A stretch of 59,600 bases of DNA, from assembly GCA_027604505.1 (NCBI GenBank), contig JADIIX010000030.1, positions 124,001 through 183,600 on the forward strand. Direction: 5' to 3'. The position numbers and the translations under genes were made by a program. Shown in pieces: positions 52,335 to 59,600 of the stretch. Source of the DNA: Gonapodya sp. JEL0774. Its lineage: Eukaryota. Within the stretch, counting starts at the first letter, position 1. Every line of letters begins with the position of its first letter. The notes beneath the pieces were generated by a model. The model saw only the letters and a list, made by a program, of their open reading frames with translations, was not told where the DNA came from and ran no database searches.

Positions 52335-55300
52335 CTAAGCGTTCCGGAGGGATGTGAAGGGTGCGAATCCCATAGTTCCCTTGTTGGAGGCGAAAACCCA
52401 GCCATCTCCCATCAAGCGGAACACGTGAACCTCGTCTCCCACTTTGAGACTCAGTTCATCCTCATCACGTGCGGTGAAAGGAGTGACTGCGACCATATCC
52501 CGGTCAAACGAGATGCCGGTGGGGTCATCGAGGGATCCTCCGAGGTATTTGTACAGCGCGATCGGGTCCACCGATTCTGTCGGCGATCCGGATCGGTCGG
52601 GCCGAAAAGGTTGCCGCACACTGTCCGTTTCAACAGAGGCCAGAGACCTCACTTCAGAGTCCACCTTTATGGACTCAACGAGTATCGACTTGGCCTTCTT
52701 CGTCGAAGTTGTCCGCGGTAAAGGGGTTGTGTCTGTCGTTTCGGATGTCTCGTACGACGCGATGGAGTTGGTGGGAACAAAGTCCCCGATCCAGGACAAC
52801 GGGGCGACGGACGCGCTACCAGAATTACTTCGAGAGCTGGCGACGAACTTTTGTGGCGCGAGCGACGGCGCGAGAGACCAACCACCGGCACTCGCCCCGG
52901 TGTCCTTGCGAGACTCTGAGTCCATGACGTTCTGCGGTCTCCTCAACGACACACTCTCCATGTCTGTTCCATCTCCATCGTCGGTTTCGCCGTCCTCAGT
53001 GTCAGTTGCCGTCTCTACGGCCGCGGTTTGCTCGTGGAACGTTGTGGACACGGTGGGGTCCAAAATCTCCGAGAGACCGTGGACGTTCTGGCTGAGAGAA
53101 AAGTGCTTGGATTGTAAGCGCTGTTTAATGTCGCCGCGAGCCTCGGAGCTTCTCGTGGTGACTGGCTGCCCCTCGGGTGCCAGAAGCACGATCGGAGCGT
53201 AGCCGATTTGGTTGGTCTCAAGGCAACGCCCAGCGCACCATTGGTCGGCGAACAGGTAATGGACGAGAACATGCTATAATTGTGACGTGGATGGTGGGCC
53301 GCGGGTTCAAATTTGACGTTTTGAGATAGTTTAACACTACTCGTGAGCATCGCACAAACCCTCACCTGCCCTTCGATCAAATTCAGCTCATCCGCCGTAT
53401 CTGCAACAAAGTCGGCAATGACGACAAACGTGCGGTTGACAATGACCGGTTGAGCTGTAGGACTGGTCAGCGTGGCCTCTGACGAACCCTGCGAAGAGGG
53501 TCGGGACCTGATGATTGAGTGTAGCCAGCCACCAAAAAGGATTCGCATGAGGGAAGTTGAGGTCAGCCACGGTCAAGTACCGGCAATCCCACCACCACCC
53601 CAAATGGGTTCCAAGAGTGCATCACTCACCCGAACGCGCCCACCACATCCACACCATCAAAGCTCATGCCGCTCGAGGGCGGTGCCAGTGCCTGCTTACC
53701 AATGTTCAAGACCGTTCTCCCGCCCACCGGCGGCGGCATATGTATCCCGGGAGATCCAGGCACCACGCCGAGCGGACTTCCCGGCACAACCCCCGCCCCA
53801 CCCCTGCCAAACGCGCCCTGGACGTTTTGGACTCCCTGTCCGATGCCTCCAGGAGATGTCGGGCTCGGCAAATTGTTCACCATACCGTACCCCTGGCCCC
53901 CGCTGGTCCCTGTACCGAGGTGAGATCCTCCATAGCCCTGACCACCACCACCGAGTTGTGACCCTCCATAGTGCTGGCCAACACCGCCAAGTTGAGATCC
54001 TCCATAGCTCTGACCGCCACCGCCGAGCTGAGAACCCCCGTAAGTGTGACCGCCATCACCGGGGTGAGGATCCACGTTAGTGTGCCCACCACCACCGCCA
54101 CCACCGCCGTACTGGCTCATGGAGTACGAATCCGTCACATGGTCACCCCCCCACTGCGGTGTGGACGAGTTGACGGCCTGGTACACGTTCCCTCCCATGA
54201 TCTGCTTGATCCCACCGGCCATTGAAAACCCCCCGGCAGGGACAAAGTGCTGGTCCGAGTCCAACGTCATTAGGCTCTTACTCTCGTCGGGTAAGGTGGA
54301 GTAATAATAGGGTCCGTGGTCTGGGGAGTCGATCCGGCCGCGGGTGGGGTCTTTGCGGGGGCGGCGGGGGGCTGAGCGGGTGCCGAAGAAGTAGTAAACC
54401 AGGAAGCCGAACACGGCGATGGAGAAGGCGCCGCCAGCAGCGACGCCGGCGATGAGGGCGGTTGACGGACTGGGGTGAGGTGGAGGGTGAGGGGTGGTAC
54501 GAGTGAGTGAACTGTGATGAGATGGATGGTGAAGCGGGAGCAGAGTGCACGTGCACTTACCCAGATGCGGGGGAGGAAGAAGGAGGATTTGCGGTCGCGG
54601 TTGTAGTTGAAGTGTCTTCGGTAGATAGGGAGTTGGCAGTCGTGGTCCCCGTCACCGAGCTCGACTCTGCCTAGAATGCGAATCACGCAAGACAAACAAA
54701 AATGTCAGTTACGACTTGCCTAAGCAAAACCGCAGCCAACGACCGAGAAAACTCACCGACGAGGAGGAAGCAGATGTGATACGGACGGAGGAGGAAGCGG
54801 ACGCTGTGGTGGGTTGGGCGGTTGGAGCGGTCGTCGGTGGAGGGGGTGGTGGCGGGACCGTCGAGGACGCGGGTGTTGGAGACGGTGTGGGAGACGGTGT
54901 GGGAGAAGGTGTAGGAGACGTTGTAGGGGGTGGAGCTTTGGAAGGTGCGGGGTTAGTTGTGTCTATCGATGAGGGGCGTTTCACCAACAGACGAGCAACG
55001 TACGAGGTGGAGGTGGGGGTGGGGGCGGCGGGGGCGGGGGAGGCGGAGGCGGAGGGGGAGGAGGTGGTGGTGGAGGTGGAGCTGAAAACGAGAGGGGAAC
55101 ATTAAACAACGCTGCGAATCAGCCGGACACCACACTACGAAACGCGGATAAGCCCAGGGCCAACAACGCACGTGGTGGTGGCGGCGGTGGCGGAGGCGGC
55201 GGCGGCGGCGGCGGAGGAGGAGGAGGAGGAGGAGGAGTAATCGTCGTCAAGGGTGGTGGCGGAGGAACGAGAGGACCTCCCGTGGTGTGCGTGGAGGTGG

Positions 55301-55604
55301 TAACCTGGGCCTGCCTCCTGTGGAGCCCGTTCCCTCTCGGCACCACGCGGACGCTTCGGGCGGGACTTTCACGCCCGAGCACCACCGCGAGGGATCCCAC
55401 GACGATCATCACGGCCAGAAGGGTGAAAACCCCCACGCTGGCTCGATAGGCCGGGTGAAGACCTGCGGCATCTCCCGTCGACTCCCGCCGCCGCCGCGAG
55501 CCTGCAGCACGCAGAGGGGTGGTATACGTCCGACCAGTGTTCATTCTTTCGAAGCGCGGATGGGTGCGTGTGCGATGGTATCGGGTCCGTGTCCCCCGAC
55601 GCAA
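52335..55604 (-). CDS. Mucin-like transmembrane protein with two cytoplasmic SH3 domains
   Basis: N-terminal hydrophobic segment, poly-Pro and Ser/Thr-rich exons, TM LIAGVAAGGAFSIAVFGFLVYYFF, Gly/Tyr/Gln repeats, SH3-1 VVIADFVADTADELNLIEGQ and SH3-2 AVTPFTARDEDELSLKVGD...DGWVF...GFAP. Confidence 0.75.
53915..54058 (-). repeat. Four 36-bp coding repeats encoding GGGQxYGGSQLG-like units
   Basis: DGGHTYGGSQLG-GGGQSYGGSQLG-GVGQHYGGSQLG-GGGQGYGGSHLG in ORF 53626-54414. Confidence 0.9.
55173..55236 (-). repeat. Trinucleotide CCN run encoding about 21 consecutive prolines
   Basis: (GGT/GGC/GGA)n on the plus strand within ORF 55119-55604. Confidence 0.9.
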
Positions 55605-56109
55605 TACGTTGTTTCACAGGTTCGCCGAGACCAAACGATTGAATGCCCCCGGTTCAGGGACGGATCCCACCGATGGCGGCGCGATGAACGTGCGGGTGGG
55701 GAAATTCGGGTCCGGGGAATCGAAAAACGTTCGCGCACAAGGTTTTTGCTGTGAATGTCGGGGCGGTGTTCTCGGTCGGCCCAGAGTCACCAGCCTCAGC
55801 TCCCCTTGGAGACCATGCATGCCCAAAGCGCAGGAAACTCTAAACTCTGTCCAAACCGTCGCCGTGCAAATTGTAATAATTTGGGTAAAAGGATTTTATG
55901 AATTCGGACGCGTTTCTTATGTACGAACAGATCCAAAAGGGTCCACTCGGATGGGGACCTTGTCAAACGTGAACGGAGCGCTGCACTTTGCCACCGACTC
56001 CGCTCCCCTCCTTCGTGAAAAGCACAGGTATAATCATCGTTCGAAACGTCCTTTACACACCTCCACCACACCGCCCTACCACACCGTCCAACCCCCTTCC
56101 CTTCCACGC

Positions 56110-58057
56110 CTACGCCGACCCTGCCCCCGCCACACCCTCGGCCGGCGCGGTGTTCACCCCTTCCTTCTTGAGCAGCTCGTCGATCTCCGCGGGGGTGTAG
56201 GTGTGGATCTGGACCTGGCCGGATTTGTCCAGGCCGAGGGTGGCGAATTCGACTTTTTGAAAAAGGAGGGGGAGGGGGGAGGGAGGGGTGTGTGTAGGGG
56301 GCAGGGATGCATGGTTATAAACCATGTCGACAAATTCATCAACGATCGATACCATGGTACCACGAATGTCTTCCGGCCACCTCAGCACACGCGGGAACTC
56401 CCAGGGCTCCCAGTCCCTCGCGCCGAACCTGACGTGTGCCCGACACCTGCCCACTGCCCAGCTTCCCGCTAACACCCCCCCTCACTGCCCAATCCCAAGC
56501 CCCACTCCACTCACTCTTCTCGCTCGTAATAGTCGCCGAATCCATGGTCTTGGCCAACACCTTGACCGCAAGTGACACCGCCTCGGCCAGCGAGATGTCG
56601 TCTTTGTAGTCCTGGGGAGGGGGGGGAGCGGTACACAGCGGTTTTTTCCCCGCGTAACCCCACACACGCTAAAAACAGCTTTTTCCGAAACAACAACCTC
56701 CCGTTTTCGCCACTCAGGGGGGTTGGTGGGGTGGGCGCCCGTTCGCCCGTTCGCCCTTTCCCTCGCACTTCAACATCCCCCTCCCACCACCCCCAAACCC
56801 CCCCCCCCCCCCCCCCCGGGGCCCCCCCCCCCCCCCCCCCCCCGGCCCCCCCCCCCCCCCCCCCCTTCTCCCCCACCGGCCCACCATCTCGCTCCGCTCA
56901 CGCTCTCACTCACTCTGCCACCTTATAAATCTTCTCCTCGCCCACCAGCCCCGATCCAGTATCCAGCAACTTCGAAGCGGTCTTTTTCTCCGCGGCGAGC
57001 ACGACGCCGTCCCGGGCCAGGACGCCCAGAGCGGTGCCGGCGTGGGAGATGGCTTCCATGGCGTATTCGACTTGGTAGAGGCGGCCTGGGGGGGTAACGG
57101 GAGGGGGGTGGGGTTTGGGGGGGAAAGGGGAGTGGGGTGGCGTGCATAGGGGGATGATGGGAATAGGTGTGAGGACGGGAAAGGACGGCAAACGGGTACG
57201 GAGTTGGGATGGGATGCGTGGGGTGTGGAAGGGGTGTGTGCGGAGGGGTAGAAGAAAACAAAGAATGGGCAGGACGGGGGGGCCAAGGACGAGGACGTGG
57301 TGCCAACAAGGTGCATGCCCTGGTCCCGGTCCCGGGTCCCCGTTCCGCGTTCCCCGGTTCCCCGTGACCAGGCACACACACACCCACGTAGGCACGCACG
57401 CAGATCCGGTCCAAGTGCAAAGTGCAAAGTGCAATGTGCCAATCAACCAATTCACCAATCGCACACACAAAGCGTCCAGCTCCAGCTCCAGCTCACCCCC
57501 ACCCCCCTATGCCCCTGTTGTCCACGAATATCCCCACGACCCATGACCACCCGTCCGAGAGAGTCCACTGTGTACTGTGTGGTCGGTGTGGTCGATGTGG
57601 TCGGTCGTGGGGGGTCGGTGTCGTGTGTGGAACTTTGTCCAGCGTTACTTGGTAGCCGCCCCCAAGGTCTCTCCATCTTCCCGCAGCTTCCTGCAGCCTC
57701 CCCGGTTTCCGCAGCAGGCCCACCTTGCCCGGGTCTCGAATATCCCGGGACAAAATACAATGGGGTGTATGTATGCAAAGGAATGAATGGGGCGGCTCCG
57801 CGCGCGGGTGATACAACCACAACCCGGTCAAGAGGAAGAGAAATGCAAATGACGGAGGAGGAGAAAGAAGAGAAACAAAAGAGGATAAAGGAAACGAGAA
57901 AAACAGAGAAAGCGGGGAAGCAGGGGAAAGGGGAAGTTGCGCAAGCGACGAAGGGAATGGGGGGGAGTGTGCAGGAATGGAAAGCGGGATCAGGGGAGAG
58001 AGACTCGCCTTCAGGGGAGAAGATGGTTGTGCGAGCGTCGTATCTGCGTGAACCCAT
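56110..58057 (-). CDS. PRE9: 20S proteasome subunit alpha3 (PSMA4), central exons absent in this sequence
   Basis: [51 protein letters not shown] (exons 58057-58009, 57085-56914) and [25 protein letters not shown]...VEFATL (from 56611). The middle of the protein is not found. Confidence 0.9.
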
Positions 58058-58631
58058 TGTGGAGTGTGGGAGTGTGGGGACTGGGAGAGAGATGGACGGG
58101 GGGGGCAGTGCGGGGGAGTGGGGAGAGACGGAGGGTGCTGAGGTCGGGCCACAGCCAGCGACATCCGACCGATGCCGACTCCACTTTCACTTGAACGTCA
58201 CATCTGCATTACTTGGGGATTACTTCAACTGCACATCCCCATCCCATCAACATCATCTGCTTGCACTCCCCTTCTCCCCCCCTTTCTCCCCCCTTCTCCC
58301 CTTCTCTCCCAATGCCCGCTCGTCTCTTCCTCCCTCGCTTCTCTCCCTTCTCTTCTCTTTTCATTCATCCCCCTTCCCTTTCCCCTCATTCCCTTCTCCC
58401 TTCCAACTCCCCCCCCGGGGCCGGCCGCCCCGCCAGAGGGGGCGCGGGTTTAGGAGGTTCTTTGGTGTGGGCAGGTGGTTCGAAGGTGTCCTGATCATCG
58501 TCTTCCAACTCCCCCCCCTGCGCAGTCCGGCCCTAAGCCTCCTCTTCCCAGCCCCCCAACACTCCCAATCTTCCCCTCTCAAACCTTTCTTCCCCTCTCC
58601 TCCCCGTATTCCACTCAATCAAAAACTACAG

Positions 58632-58946
58632 ACTCCTCCTCAACCAATGGCGCAAGCAAGGGATTGACAATATAGGCTTCGTACCAACTATGGTACGTTT
58701 GCTGCCCCAGCGGAGCGAGGATTCATTCGTATGGGCCGCATGAGTCCCACACACTCCCCCGACTCCCCCGCCTCCCCTTACTTCTAACCTCCCTCTTTCC
58801 CCCCATCCACCCATCTCTCCCCTCCAACCCCTCTTCCCCTCCAAACCCCCCCATAGGGCGCCCTCCACCAAGGCCACCTCTCCCTTGTCCGCGCAGCACT
58901 GGACCGTCCCAACCAGTGCGAGAAGGTCGTCGTGTCCGTGTTTGTG
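58632..58946 (+). CDS. PAN6: Pantoate-beta-alanine ligase (pantothenate synthetase), partial
   Basis: Exons 58632-58692 and 58857-58946 give QWRKQGIDNIGFVPTM|GALHQGHLSLVRAA...VVVSVFV, the PanC FVPTMGxLHxGH signature. The first exon is unclear and the gene continues beyond the window. Confidence 0.88.
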
Positions 58947-58987
58947 GTGGGTAGAGGGTAGACGCGAGCGAGCCATTTCGATTGTCA

Positions 58988-59350
58988 TAAGAAGGGGGGG
59001 TTGAATAAGGTGTGGATTGGAAAGGACACCTGTGTGGGATGGGATGAGCGTGCAGCGGAATGCGGAAATCAAATGACATGTGGTGGAGGGAGCGTGTGGT
59101 GGTGATGTAAGAGAGGGGGGTTGAATAAGAGTGGATTGGGGAAAGGACAGCTGTGTGGGATAGCATGAGCTTGCAGCGGAATGCGGAAATGAAATGAGAT
59201 GGTGGTGGAGGGAGCGTGTGGTGATGATGTAAGAGAGGGGGTTTGAATAAGAGTGGATTGGGGAAAGGACAGCTGTGTGGGATAGCATGAGCGTGCAGCG
59301 GAATGCGGAAATGAAATGACATGTGGTGGAGGGAGCGTGTGGTGATGGTG
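58988..59350. repeat. Three tandem copies of a ~121-bp unit in a PAN6 intron
   Basis: Units start at 58988, 59108 and 59230 (taaga..ggggttgaataag..gtggattgg..aaaggaca.ctgtgtgggat...gcagcggaatgcggaaat...gtggtggagggagcgtgtggtg). Confidence 0.92.
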
Positions 59351-59600
59351 GCACCAGGGGTGGTGGTGGTTCCTTGTTCGTCCACCATATTTTTCCTGTT
59401 TTCATTGTCGTTGTAGTTGTGTTTTTCCCTCTTTTCTTTTTTTCTTTCTTTGAGTTTGTTTTCTGTGGTCTGGTCTTGCTCGTGACTGTATTTCCATGTT
59501 CGCTCATTTCTCTCTCCCCACCCTTCCACGTCTCGACCGTTGCCGGGGCGGGGGCGGGGGCGGCGGTGGGGTGAGGGTAGGGGTAGGAGGAGTAAGGGTA

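Noticed and set aside
57297..58667. 456-aa plus-strand ORF and overlapping long ORFs at 56906-59529
   Set aside because: Low-complexity GC-rich intron, promoter and repeat sequence overlapping PRE9 and PAN6; not protein-like overall.
58988..59350. CRISPR-like array
   Set aside because: The units are contiguous ~121-bp tandem copies without unique spacers, and there are no cas genes.

Overview
Eukaryotic, intron-containing genomic DNA with fungal-type genes. Retention of a PPP1R21 homologue and a complete Alu-domain SRP RNA suggests an early-diverging (zoosporic-type) fungus (inference). The left ~37 kb is a very compact housekeeping block: Est1/SMG5-7-like protein, TRF/telobox Myb protein, PP1 glycogen-targeting CBM21 subunit, XRN1, DPH5, mitoribosomal mL40, AUH-like enoyl-CoA hydratase, PPP1R21, mitochondrial Lon, RAD2/XPG, MFSD5, DPB4/POLE3, an orphan coiled-coil gene and an intronless bacterial-type ASCH gene. 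The right ~21 kb is more GC-rich and low-complexity: a CRAL-TRIO protein, an Ssh4/Ear1-like SPRY adaptor, a mucin-like TM-SH3-SH3 protein, an internally incomplete proteasome alpha3 gene and the start of pantoate-beta-alanine ligase. The most notable non-obvious element is at 38060-38433 (minus strand). A degenerate 72-nt tRNA with intact A and B boxes sits 11 nt upstream of a ~250-nt RNA that folds as an SRP (7SL) RNA with a non-canonical helix 8 loop, and the first Pol III T-run terminator comes only after both. This looks like a tRNA-like leader/SRP RNA dicistronic Pol III unit. All assignments come from reading motifs by eye; no database searches were run.
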